Positions 23,380 to 35,400 of a stretch of DNA of 64,000 bases are shown here, one piece after another (position 1 is the first letter of the stretch; each line of letters starts with the position of its first letter). Source of the stretch: Penicillus capitatus (taxonomy: Eukaryota > Plantae > Chlorophyta). The notes under the pieces were generated by a model. The model did no database searches. It worked only from the letters and a program-made list of their open reading frames with translations, and was not told the DNA's origin. The DNA is taken from assembly GCA_965649825.1 (NCBI GenBank), contig OZ287698.1, forward strand, positions 201,949 through 265,948, in the 5' to 3' direction. The translations under genes and the position numbers were made by a program.

Positions 23380-25043
23380 CTACAAGCGTCCATCCATACA
23401 TTGAACTGCTTTTGATGCGGCATCGTCCAAGTCATTGGCAGAGACGATCTTTACTGTGCTTTGAGTGAGAATCCGTTTTCCTTCTTCGACATTGGTGCCT
23501 TCGAGTCTCACCACCAGAGGCACATTTAACTGAACGGTTTCGGCCGCTCGTACGATTCCTTTGGCAATAACATCGCATTTCATGATCCCACCTACGATGC
23601 AGAATAATCAAGCGACAGACACAAGGGCAGACGGGTATGTTTGGGACCAAAAATGTTGACGAGTATTGCTTTGACTTGTTTGTCGGTGGTGAGAATCTTG
23701 AAAGCTTCAACCACCTGTTCTTCTGATGCACTACCACCAACGTCTAGGAAGTTCGCGGGAGATCCTCCGTTAAGTTTAATGATGTCCATTGTGGCCATCG
23801 CTAAACCGGCGCCGTTTACTAAGCAGCCGATGTTTCCATCCAATCCTATGTAATTTAGGTCGTAATGCTCGGCTTGCACTTCTCTAAATGCGATGATCAC
23901 GCACACACATTATCTATCAATCAACAGTAAACTATCATATACCTGGGATCTTGTTGGGAAGCATCTTTGAGTTGAAAGAGGGAGACCTGTCGGAACGATG
24001 CGTTGTCGTCGAATCCGAGTTTGGCATCTGCCGCAATAAGCGATCCTTGTGCATCCTCTGCCAGAGGATTGACCTGGAGGCAGGCGGTGCATCGGAGATC
24101 GAACGGCGAAGTGGCGGCTGCACCTCAACCATGGTGCAGTCTTTTTCGATGAAGAGGTGATAGAGGCGTTTAATTTGTTGTGCAGCTTCCTCTTGGCTTC
24201 CAGATACCTTTAGGCCTTTGACCATCGCGTCCGCTACCTGATCCGTGATCCCTGTACGACAGGTGATGTCTCCATCACACGTAAGACGTTTTCTTGACCT
24301 GTGGAGCTATCGACTGGGATCTTAATGATCTTTTCTGGATATTTCTCTGCCAAGTCCTCGATGCTCGTTCCTCCTTCGCTGCAGCCGATCATCACCGGCC
24401 CGTTCGATTCTCTTGAGCGCAACGGTCACGTCACGTCACATCAAGCGCACTCTCACCGATCGAGCAAAATGGCAAAGTATTTTTCGTTCTTCAATTTCAT
24501 TTTCTGAGCCACGTAGAGTGTATTGACCGGTTTGCCTTGGGGTCCTGTCTGTTTTGTCACCAAGATCTGGTGCATCATCTTTGCGGCCAGTGCTCTGGCA
24601 TCGTCAGCCGAGCAAATGTGCACGCCGCCTTGAAATCCATTCTTAAATGTCCCCAATCCTCGACCCCCTGCCAGAATCTGGCTCTTCAATACCACCTAAT
24701 ATAAGAGCTCCCCTTCATCATGAAGGACCATTTCTGCAAACGAGTGGCTGGTACTTCGTTCTGACTGTCTTTCATTTTGGACACGGCGCTGTCCAGCGCG
24801 TCCAGTGATGTGACAGCTATTCCCGGCGGCACGTTGATTCCATACTCGCGCATCAACGCCGCGCCCTGAAACGACGTTGACCGTCGGGCATGACGTCGAT
24901 CGGCGCACCTGAAATTCGTGGATGTTCAAATAGCGCAGCGTCTGGTATCGAATGGCGTCGATGCGCCGTAGAGAGGGACAAATACGTCGCCACATTCCAC
25001 AGGACTCGTCAAATCGATTCACATTAAAGCACAATGCAAGCAT
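23380..25043 (-). CDS. SUCLA2: Succinyl-CoA ligase beta subunit, mitochondrial
   Basis: [70 protein letters not shown]|GIMKCDVIA and VVRLEGTNV. The start may be a downstream ATG. Confidence 0.95.
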
Positions 25044-25092
25044 TTATATCCGTCCGATACACACATCCACACATATCCATGCCCCTCTCCAA

Positions 25093-26699
25093 TTACAACT
25101 GTGACAACAGACGTTCGACAGCTGCATGGACATTGCCACCCGTTGCCTGAAGAGCCCGAACATTGGCATCGCGATCGACGAACCCCATCTCTTGCAACTG
25201 CTGAAGCTGATTGGCGTACGTGGTCTCGGGATCGGACACTTGAGGGACGCCGATCAACGATCCCATATTGCCGCCGCCGCCGCCTTCTTGGGGAAGATTC
25301 AGTAATGGACCCAGTCCTGCGCTCTGAAGAGATTGGAGTGACTGTTGGATCTGCATCAGAGGCTGCAGCACTTCGGGTCGCATCAGAGCTTCGGGATTGG
25401 CCAGCAGTTCGCGTGCTCTTGGATTCGTATTGAGCATTTCTTGCAATCCAGGTACGGCTTGTGTCATGCGATCCATCATTTCGGGAGAAGACATCAGTGA
25501 CTGTACCATCTGCTGAAAGGCAGGATTCTGCATCATCTGTGTCATCTGATCTGGTGATAGTCCTCCTACATACACCCTCGCATTCTCTCACACTTTTTCG
25601 TTTTTGGCACGTTTGTACCGGGAAGATTTCCAGAGCCTCCACCGAGAGGATTGTTTGCGGGTGGTGTGGTCGTCGGCGGTACAGCAGCAGTGGCCGGCGG
25701 CGATGATGTGACAGGTGCCCATGGATTCGGCAGCGGTGCTGTATTAACAGCTCCAGATGGCGGCGGCGCCGCCGATGTCGGATTGGTCTGAGTGGCGGCT
25801 GTGCTTGGCGGCGTATTGAATAGGGCAGCAAACGGATTGTCTGCGTTTCGTCCCTGGGCCGTTGCGTTCATGAGCGGCTGCTGAACATTCTCATAGATCT
25901 GCCTCAGGGCATTGAATCCACCAGGAAGAGATTCCAAATTGCTCATGGCTCTGTCAACGTTGCGCATGTGTTCTTGCATGAGATTGGGATTGGAGACCAG
26001 ACGAAGGGACTCACGAATCAGCTCGGGATCATTCATCACTTGTGCCAGTTCAGGATTCTGATCCAATAACTAAGAACCCCATCCATACCATCAGCACACC
26101 ATAATTAGTCACACTTTGATCACACACTTGCTGGAAGGCAGGATTGTTTCGCATGAACGACTGAACGAGTTCAGGGTTGTTCATGACCGACTGCATAAAG
26201 GCATCGTGCAATCCATTCATGCCCTCCGGCATCTGTCCATCAGACACAACGCGATCGCCTTTGCGTTTAGGAGACAGCAGAGATAGGTGCATCACACCTG
26301 TCCTCCCAATAGACTGGCAAAAGGATTCGACTGTGGGGTGGAGGGTGGCACAGGAGGTGGAGATGTCGCTGCTGTAGACTGAGCAGGAGGTGAGGCTTGT
26401 GTCGTTCTGCGTTTTCTGGCGAGATGGACCACACACTCCGGCGTCACGCCTGTGTTGGCACAGCGTTGTCATGAGAGCGAGCATGAGGATACATTCAGTT
26501 TCGCACCATAGCTTTGCAGAGTGTCTTCGTCCTTTAGAATGCGTCCTCTGAAAATGAGGCGCTGTTCGTCTAGCGGAATGTCGTTGATTTTCCTGAGCTC
26601 TTCTTTGAATTCGAGGACGGTGATGTCGGGCGACGCTGTTACGGAGACGCGAGGGCCGCCAGATGACGACACGACGTGGATACAGATGGGTTCGCTCAT
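25093..26699 (-). CDS. DSK2: Ubiquilin / DSK2 ubiquitin receptor (UBL-STI1-UBA)
   Basis: UBL domain ([20 protein letters not shown]), STI1 repeats ([33 protein letters not shown]) and UBA domain ([38 protein letters not shown]). Confidence 0.95.
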
Positions 26700-26774
26700 A
26701 CCTACCAAAGAGAAAACGGTCGTAAACAATAAATGGGCAGCGCAACGCAACGCAACGAACAAACACACGACCGG

Positions 26775-27760
26775 ATGTGGAAATTCCTTCAAAATGGTGC
26801 CATTGTGACGGCGTCTAACGACGAAATGCTTCTCAGAGCACGATCCGTCGTACCCACTGCCGTATGGAAACGATGCGTACGAGCACAGTACGGCGCCTCG
26901 CCGGATATCGAAGGGTTGTAAGGCCGGTGAAGGCAAGAGTGAGAAGTGGTCAACAGGTATCGGACGTTGAAGGAAGCGACGGGTGTTTGTGAGGTGGAAG
27001 TAAAGAAGAGTCGCTTTGTGGCGAGGGCTTGGCCGATAGCCGATGCTTCGGAAGTAAAGAGATGCGACGGTTAGAAATGACGCTTAAGTACTGTGCACAC
27101 CAGGCGCAGCAATACATCAAAGATCACAGCGATCCAAAGGCTGACCACAACTGCTACGCCTATAAGGTCCGCTCTCACACCCCTTTCTCACACATCTTGA
27201 CGATCTGGATGGACAGATCGAGTTCGAATCGAAGTATTCGGATGATGGAGAACCGACCGGAACAGGAGGCAAACCGATCTACAGCGCCATCGAAGCCGAA
27301 GAGATCGATCACGTCTGCGTCCTCGTCACACGGTAGCTCCACACGCGCCGCGTTTTGCCTCTAGATCACGGTCTAGGTACTTTGGCGGCACCAAACTCGG
27401 CGTCGGTCCTTTGGGACGTGCCTACGGCGATGCAGCACGTGAATGTCTTCAGTCCGGCGAGACGGTCGAAATCCGTCCAACGGTTCAGCCTCTCCGATAA
27501 CCCCCTGCCTTGCAGACACTGACCTGGCGTTACAGGTGGATGCCGTCGGACGGATGTACTATCATTCGATCTTCAAGCTGAACTCGATTCTGAAACGGCT
27601 GAACGGGAAGATCGTGAGCAAAGTTCCCACACACAGTGGACTCTGCGTCGTCACTTTCCGCATCGAAGAACAATACTATGACGATTTTAAATGTTTTGTG
27701 TATGACCTAACAGGGGGTCAGTCGACGCTTTTTGTGAGAAACAAGACAAAACTCCATTGA
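26775..27760 (+). CDS. IMPACT / YigZ family protein (UPF0029 plus C-terminal DUF1949-like domain)
   Basis: EVKKSRFVARA, DPKADHNCYAYK, SDDGEPTGTGGKPI and VLVTR|YFGGTKLGVG. The start is ATG 26775 or 26826. Confidence 0.9.
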
Positions 27761-27764
27761 CACA

Positions 27765-29620
27765 TTAACGCATCTTCTTCATCTCCTCCTCCATCTGTCG
27801 TCCTCGATTCTCCTGCCACTTCTTACAGAATTCCATAAACGTGGCGAGGTCCACTTGATGGCGTTTGGCAAACTGAGGATCGGACAGCGTAAAGTCCATC
27901 GGTTTGCAACCGACTTCTTTGTCTCTTGCTGCCAGCCACTCGTAACGCGGCCTCAATCTTCGAACCAGTGACGTGCGCAGCAGACCGACATGCCTTGACA
28001 GAACGTCACGCTCCGATAGCTACAAGACACCAGACACGTCATCCGATGTGGAGAGGGGGCCCGATCACGACGTTAAGAATCTTCCGAATAAACTTCAACT
28101 TTTCCAGCTGTAGATGGGATTGCAGATTGAGACCCATGAGTCGGGGAAATTTCCTGTAGACTCTGACGATCTCCTCAGGCGTCAAACCGTAACTCAACGC
28201 AAGAGCGTAGCCGTTAGCCAGTTTCTCAGCGGAGTAGATAAACACCTGCGGTTCCGCCTTGATGATCTGGCTAGACAGACAGACAGACAGACATGACCCG
28301 AGAAGGCTGACAGAATCTTATCGAGACCTTCTTGATAGCTTCGTCATTGAACCCGATGGACTTCAACCAGTGAACGCGATTCTTGATAGCCCTTTTAATA
28401 TTGTACCCGACGATACTGCTTTCTCTGTTTTGCACGTTGCATTCGGAAAAGATCCGTGTGCTCGATCTGCTTACCGTTTAAAAATCTTCCCCACCTCTTC
28501 ATGAGTGAACCCCAGCGTCATCAGGTACTCCAGTTTGCTGTCAATCGTGTCAATCCTAAAGCTCATGATCCGTGGGCGTTTGCGAACAATTGCTCTCATA
28601 AAGGCCTTAAACACGATCTTGAGTATTCCTTAGGTGATCGATACGGAACGTGTCGCACCTCCGGGATCTCGTACTTCTCGACGAGGAGTTGGCGAAGCTT
28701 TTCGAATCGTTTGTCGAAGTCCAGCGAGCACAGCACTGGAAAATCGAGAAACACCTTCCTTGTGTCTTCCTTGTCGTTTCCCAGCTCTTTGAACCTGTCG
28801 ATCAGTCTTTGGGAAACGCTCTCTCCTGGAGCCATCTATCTCTTCAGCCAGCAACGAAAACGGTCGACATTCATGGCTTACGATTGGTGAGAAGAGCTGG
28901 ATAAGAGCAAAACAGTTTTCTGAGCTCTTCACGTGTGAGATTCCATCTGGATTGATACTCTCTCACTCTTTCTCTCATGGCTCCGAGATCTCGTCTCAGG
29001 AGGCGAGGGTATCTGTCAACGGCAATCTCAAATGCAAGGGTACGGAGTGGGTGGATGTATGGGGCGACCTCCTGATAGCCTTGCCGATTTCTTTGTTGGT
29101 GAGTCCTATCTCTTTGTAGAATTTGTAACATTCGAGAAATCGATCGTCAGGAATCGGCCGGATGGTGGAAAAATGATTCATTTCTTTAGCCGTCAATCCA
29201 ATAGACCGGGCGACCTACGTGATGCTTCAGTATGAGTGACGTGGCGGCGGAGGCGTGAACCTTCAGAGCTTGCTGATCCCATTTATCCGCTGTAAAACGG
29301 AGCATTTCGGGTCGGCCCTTCTTCCTCGACCACGCACTGTTCTCCGTAGAACCCTTCCACGAAGAGAGCGTCTCTGTCGTGCTGAAGATCGAAAGCGTTC
29401 CTGTCAGAAACGAAATGGGTTCAGTGACCTGTCGGCAGCTACAGTGGAAACGTGACGTCCATGACTGATGCAGTATTGCCAGCCTTGTTGCGGCCATGCC
29501 TTCTGCGTCGGCTTGGCAGATGGCGAGATCCAGACCAATGCCAAGGCCGAGAGAGTCGTCGGTCCCTTGCGAACGAGTCGATGCCATGCGCAACGATACA
29601 TGTCGTACGGTCTTCATCAT
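27765..29620 (-). CDS. mTERF-family helical repeat protein (organelle-targeted)
   Basis: Repeats such as GLTNKEIGKAIRR|YPRLL, ELRKLFCSYPALL, VFLDFPVLCSLD and GLTPEEIVRVYRKFPRLMGLNL, plus the typical C-terminal RPRYEWL...LSDPQFAKR. Confidence 0.8.
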
Positions 29621-29666
29621 TGACGACGATACCAGAATCTATCGCGCTCGACCTCTTCAATCTCGA
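29621..29666. promoter_or_regulatory. 46-nt divergent interval between mTERF and RPA32 start codons
   Basis: Inferred ATGs at 29620 (-) and 29667 (+). Confidence 0.45.
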
Positions 29667-30788
29667 ATGGCACAGTTCGAAGGCGGTGGATATCTCGAAT
29701 CGTATCTTTCTTATGGTTCTTCTCGCCTGAACGTGTTTCTCTCCTAGGCGTCCGAGTGACGCACACGAGGGCACGCCCCGGAACGTGTACAGCAGCGTAT
29801 GTCTATGATCGCTGATGGCCGCTGATACGGGGGTCGTTCTGTAGCGCACTCAAGACACCAACACGTTGAGAGCGTTCACTCTCCGCCAGTTCAAGATGGT
29901 TCAGTCGCAGCGTCGTTGACACGTTGTAAGACGTCATGTCGCATAGGGTCACGAGTCGATGCAAGAGAGCGCAGCCGACGCCGTTTGGATCGACGGCAGC
30001 GAGACGAATAATGTCGAGATATGCGCGACTCTTTCGGGTTCTTAGGTTGGACGTTGTGCAGGTTGTCCTGGTGGGCGAGATCATGTCTATGGAGGAGCAG
30101 ACCACCTGCTGGAGGTATATCATCGATGATGGTACCGAAGTGATTAGTGTAAGGCGTTTCAAAGAAATGAAGAGCACCGGTCCTGATGAACCCGAAGTCC
30201 GTGCCGATTAAAAATTACATCCTAAGTGTGAACGTTGATGATGACAGGAGGACAGAGATGGGCTGGAGGTGGGGATGTGGGCGAAGGTGCACGGACACTA
30301 TCGTCTATTCGCAGACGGAGGCTTCTGTGGCGCATTTTCGATCCGTCCAGTGATGGATTTCAACGAAGTCGATCGCGAGCTCCTCTGATCTGCAAAGAGC
30401 CGTTTGGATGTAGATCACGTGCCACTTCGCCAGATGCATCCACCAGCATCTCTACTTCACCAGAGGACCTCCTCCCTCGCGAACGACGAAGCAGGCCGTC
30501 CCCCAAACGTCCTTCGGCGGAGAGAGTCTGCGCCGCACCTCCGTTCCGCCTCCGATGACGACAGCGGTAGCGACAGGAGGGGAGGCACAGGGTAGTGGAA
30601 GTAACGAGATGTCGGAGGCCGTCCGGCATCTGCTGGTGGGAGGAGAGGAGTTGCACATCGATGAGATCTGTCGCCGACTGGAGGACGACTTCGGGAAGCG
30701 GAAGATCAGAGATGCCGTCAAGGAGATGGCCGACCAGGGACTGCTCTACGTCGGATCCTCCGAGGACACATACGCGTGGAGCGGATAG
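29667..30788 (+). CDS. RPA2: Replication protein A 32-kDa subunit (RPA32/RPA2), copy 1, 7 exons
   Basis: MAQFEGGGYLES|RPS, NTLRAFTLRQF, WIDGSETNN|VVLVGEI, YIIDDGT, WAKVHGH, FSIRPVMDFNE|ITCHF and a C-terminal winged helix. It splices in frame throughout. Confidence 0.85.
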
Positions 30789-32435
30789 ACAGTCCAGACC
30801 CGAGTGTCTGGATGTGAGGATTGCCGAATGAGACGCATGTGCGTGATTTAATGTGGGCAGAATCGCGTCATGCCTAATAAGAATCTGCCTCGGAGGTTTG
30901 CTCGCGACAAACAGTCGACTTGACGCCAGCGACCTCGTTCTGCTCGCCGCTCCTGCGATTCTCTCTGAACTGCCTCGTCAGAATAACTCGTCAGAAGCGC
31001 GTCCGTCTGTCCCGTCGAACTATTCGCCGCACCTAAGGAAGCGTCGTCGTGCCTTCGCAAAATGGTCTGTCCCATGCGTTTCATCCTGGTCGCCGTCTCC
31101 GCGGCAGTCGCCCTGGCCATGGCCTACGGAACGCTGGCCCACATGCAGGAAGAGTCCTTCTCCGCTCCCGACTGTCCAGAGAAGGTACAGCTCTCCCAGC
31201 GTCCGAACTGTCGCTCGGCAACTGTCCATGGCAGGAAGAGACATGGTGGTCGAAGTGGAGAAGACGTCTCGGGTGCCTGACAGACATGTTCACGGGACGC
31301 TACCTGTACAGTCTCTATACGAAGAGAGCGGCTGTCTCCGAAGCCCGTCATGTGAAAGTGGCATGACATCTCATCTGCACCAGAGGCTCTCCGAAGCCGG
31401 AGCACGGATCTCGAACATGTGATTGAAAGACTGCTAAGTCCCCTCCATTTGGTTTCGTTCTGCGATACTTGTAAAAACAAGTATGAGAATGATTGTACAC
31501 CCGACCTCTTCTCTGCTGTCTGTCGCGTCAGTCACGTCGAGGACTCTTGCGGCGATGGATACGCGAACACCCGTCTTTGCGAACCACCGCCTCTTTGAAT
31601 TCGTGCGTGCGTGCGTGCGTGGTCGTTATCGCGAGACAAGAATCAAACTGTAATTCATCACTCTATTGTCGCCAATATTATGTCCACGTCGGTTTTCGTT
31701 GTTCTTCATTGACTCAGAAGCCGCGGATGACACGAGTTATCAGGAATGGGTGAGTCATTGGAGAACGCCTTAAACAATCGTTCTTAAGAAAGGAGGCGCA
31801 TACTGTGCCAGTTATCTTATCACTGTTACGCGTTTTCCTCTACTACCTTACGGACTTCAAGAGAGCGACTCCTCTTTCTCCTAGTCGCGCAGCAGACGAT
31901 GGGTGCAGCAACCGTATTGCTCTCGCATGCACGTGAATTGGACGCAGCGCTGAAAGCACTCTTGTGGACCGCGTCCATAATCTTTTTGCTTTCACAACCC
32001 GCAGCGAGTCAGACGCTTGACACCTCAGGTGCCTTGAGATGAATCGCCGCCGCCATCGGAAAACCGTTCTTATCGTTGTTCGAAGCTCTTGGGGAATCTC
32101 TTCATCGACACCGCCGCGCCATTTTTACTCGCTGTCTTGATTCGTGCGTTTTCTCTGCGCGGTCGAAAGTTGACGGTTCCTCGAGCGAATCTCGACGCGT
32201 CGTGATTCTCAAACGATGTTGTGCAGACGGTGGCTGCATTCTGAAGACAGAAGAGATTAAGACACTCCTCAAAGGGAGAGTGTGGCATATCAACGACACT
32301 GTGCTCGAGGAGCACGACCTGCAAGACATCATCAACTGCACAGGAAAGGGGGATGTTCTGTCTTTTTCCACGGAGAAGACTATCCGCCCACGCAATCGGC
32401 TTGTCATCCCATGGGACTTAACGGTGACGAGAGGT
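30058..32435 (+). repeat. Inverted segmental duplication, arm A (partner 49041-51411)
   Basis: Near-identical to the reverse complement of 49041-51411 (scattered substitutions and small indels). Weaker homology continues to about 29667 / 51802. Confidence 0.95.
31062..31366 (+). CDS. 84-aa small membrane protein of the plant MCPLR...DMASGRYL type, copy 1
   Basis: Exons 31062-31184 and 31235-31366 give MVCPMRFILVAVSAAVALAMAYG...GCLTDMFTGRYLYSLY. All six coding differences from copy 2 are synonymous. Confidence 0.75.
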
Positions 32436-35400
32436 GCACGTCAAGGACATTCCCTTTCACACAGTGCCAACCAAACCATTATCACCTGTCCAGATCGAAA
32501 TCAGGGCATCTTTTTCATTAGGTGAGCCTTTTCCATTGACTTTTGCATAGCCATCGTCTTGTTGTTTGCTTTATCTCTACTGCCAATGCCAACATAATGT
32601 GTGATGGGTTTGTTTAATGGCAGGAATGTAAATGTGACGTTCGAGGATGTCTGGTTTTCTGATTGCAAATTGTCGTCAGCATCCAATGTCTCTGGCTTAA
32701 TTCAGACGGAAAGATGTTTTTCTGCTTCCCTAGGATTTTCGATCCGGCTGTTTCGTGTACAATTCAAGATGAACACGAATACAGGTGGTTCGGCTGGTCT
32801 ACACATAGAAGACCCTTCATGTTCCGACATCGTCATGAATGACGTCGCTTTCATGAACAACACCTCCCTGAATGGATCCTGTCTTTCCTCTCAAAACAGT
32901 TTGGAGAATATTAGGCTAGTGGGCAATGAGGTACTCTTTATCAACAATGGAGTTTCGATTCTTAACTTTCCGTCGGTTCTTTACTTTCCCCCGCGGTCAA
33001 AGACTCTGATCTTGGTACTCTTCGCATGGGATAATAACCATTGTCTTCTAGTTGAAGAAGGAGAATTGAGTGTTTACAATGCGACTTTTGTGCGGACGAG
33101 AGGTAGTGATTTCAGATTTCCTCGTAGCAAAATGCCTGCTTCGATCGGTGCCAAAAAAGCCAACGTTACCATATTCGGTGCACTTTTTTCCAGGAATCAT
33201 CGAGCAATTCGCCTTGACGAAGAGTGCAATTTCATGGCTGTTGGCTCCTTGTTTTCTCGCAATGGTTTAAATAACATGGTGGGCTCCGCTATCTTTGCGA
33301 TTCGACCTCAGAGCATTCGTCTTGTCTCGACGGTATTCGAAAAGAACACATTTTCATACAATCCGCGTGGTGCTAATGAAGGAACCGTTTACGTTCGTGG
33401 CTCGAGCGGTGTCATCAATAGCTCGCTTATCGATGTTTCTCATTGCCAGTTCCGCGAAAATCGTGCCTATAACGGTGGGGGTTTTCGGATAGCAGATTTC
33501 CACCGTGGAAGAATTTTGGTTAATTCGACGACGTTTTCAGGGAACGGATGGGAGGGTGGGGCTTGGCATGAAATTAATCCTGCCGGATATGGAGGTGTCT
33601 TTTACATCAAAGACTGCAATGAGGTATCTTTCAGAATTCAGAGATCGATATTTGATTCGAACAGAGCAAGTTCTTCTGCCGAACAAGACAGCGGGGGCGC
33701 GATATATGTTCAAAATATCACTGGCGAGCTTCGCATTCATCGCTCGCGGTTCCACGACAATATAGCTACCGATAGTGGAGGTGCCATTAGTGTGAAACAA
33801 CCAGAAGTTACTCTCTTGACGGTGAACGTGAGCGACTGCTATTTCATGCGTAACAGATGCTTTTTTCTTGCCAGCATTGTCCCATCATTTGGCGGTTCCA
33901 TCTCTGTTATCGGGAATGGTGTCGAGCTTGATATCAGAAGAACCATTTTTAGAAACAACTCAGCTGATAGTGGTGGTTCTATTTATGCTGAGTACATTCG
34001 CCTCCTGCGAATGGAAAGATGTACGTTTCACAGCAATTTTGCGTCACTCTTGGGAGGGGCAATGATGACTGTTGATTGTGAACCATCGGAACTGCGAAGG
34101 TCGCGCCTGGTCAACAACACGGCCCAACACGGCGGCGCCATTTACTCTGGATCAGAAGAGATTTCCATGTACAATTGTGTTTTTGCCAGAAATAAGGCAA
34201 GCGGTAATGGCGGAGCATTAGCTACCGTTACCACATCTGCTACTATTCTTTGTCACTCTTGCAGATTCTATTCCAACTCCGCTAAGAAGAATGGCGGGGC
34301 CATTCACGTCTTTCCTGCCAAGTTTCTGAGCTTGAACGATGTTGTCTTCATGAAGAACAAAGCGTCCTTTTGGGGAGGTGCTGTTTCCATTCTTCTGACT
34401 GAAGTTTTCAATACTTGGTCGATATCTTCGATCAGCCAGTGCAACTTCTCAGAGAATCAAGCAGCTCTTGGAGGTAAGTGATCCTGTTCTAGACTTATCG
34501 AATCTGAACCGTTTGTTTCAGGCGCTGTACATGTGGCAGTTGACAGTCCGATGAATGGACTGGAGACACAGGTTCGTAGACAAAGAAGATTCGGAGGTGA
34601 GTTTAATAAATGCCGCAAAATGGACCGAGCAATTTACCTAGGTTCTCCTTTCCTTCCCACTTACACCATCTCCGACCGTTACTTTGTCAACATCACGCGC
34701 ACAGACTTTGTGAAGAATATAGCAAGATCTGGAGGGGCCATTTTCGCAGATGATAGCAGGGTTTTTACGATCGAGTGCTTTTCCATCGGTTCCAAGAAAT
34801 CCTGGATTGGAGGTCCCGATCACAACCACACGGGAGAAATCAGCTGCACAAATATGCAGTCGAATAAAGTCAGTTCTGAAGGATACGGCGAAGATGTGGG
34901 GACCACGCAGAGGGGATTCACCTGTGACCTCGTCTTCCAAGACGGGAATAGGCGAAATATCTCCAGTAACTCATCCATCGCACTAAGCAACTGGCGAAGC
35001 GGCGATCCGTTTCCCATCGTCGAAGTTTCAACCTTTGATAGCTTTTATCAAAGCCCGGCACTGACAAGGACTGTGAACGCTTCCAGCACTTACGCTCTAA
35101 CCCGTGCGATGCAAGGATACGACGCGTATGTCAGTGCCAGACTCCAATCAAGAGACAGTTTCTTGCTGAACACCCTTACAGCCAATGTCGTCAATGGGAC
35201 CAACAATATCTCCGTCGGAGGCGTCTTCGCGCGTCCCGAAAACTACTCCTTCCATGTCTGGATCGGAGAGAGAACTGAAGTGAATGTTACTGTTCATGTG
35301 CATGTCCGAGAGTGTACGATAAACGAACAAGCAAGTTTGAATGAAACGGTGTGCATCACGTGTGATGCCAATCACTACAGTTTCAGTCTCAAAGGCGAAG

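Noticed and set aside
28960-28980. Intron motif copy TCTCACTCTTTC in mTERF
   Set aside because: It lies in coding sequence (RERVRE), showing the motif can occur by chance. It was not counted as intronic.
30853-31422. 189-aa ORF, also present at 50047-50616
   Set aside because: It is conserved only because of the duplication. Differences between copies are non-synonymous in this frame but synonymous in the overlapping 84-aa spliced gene.
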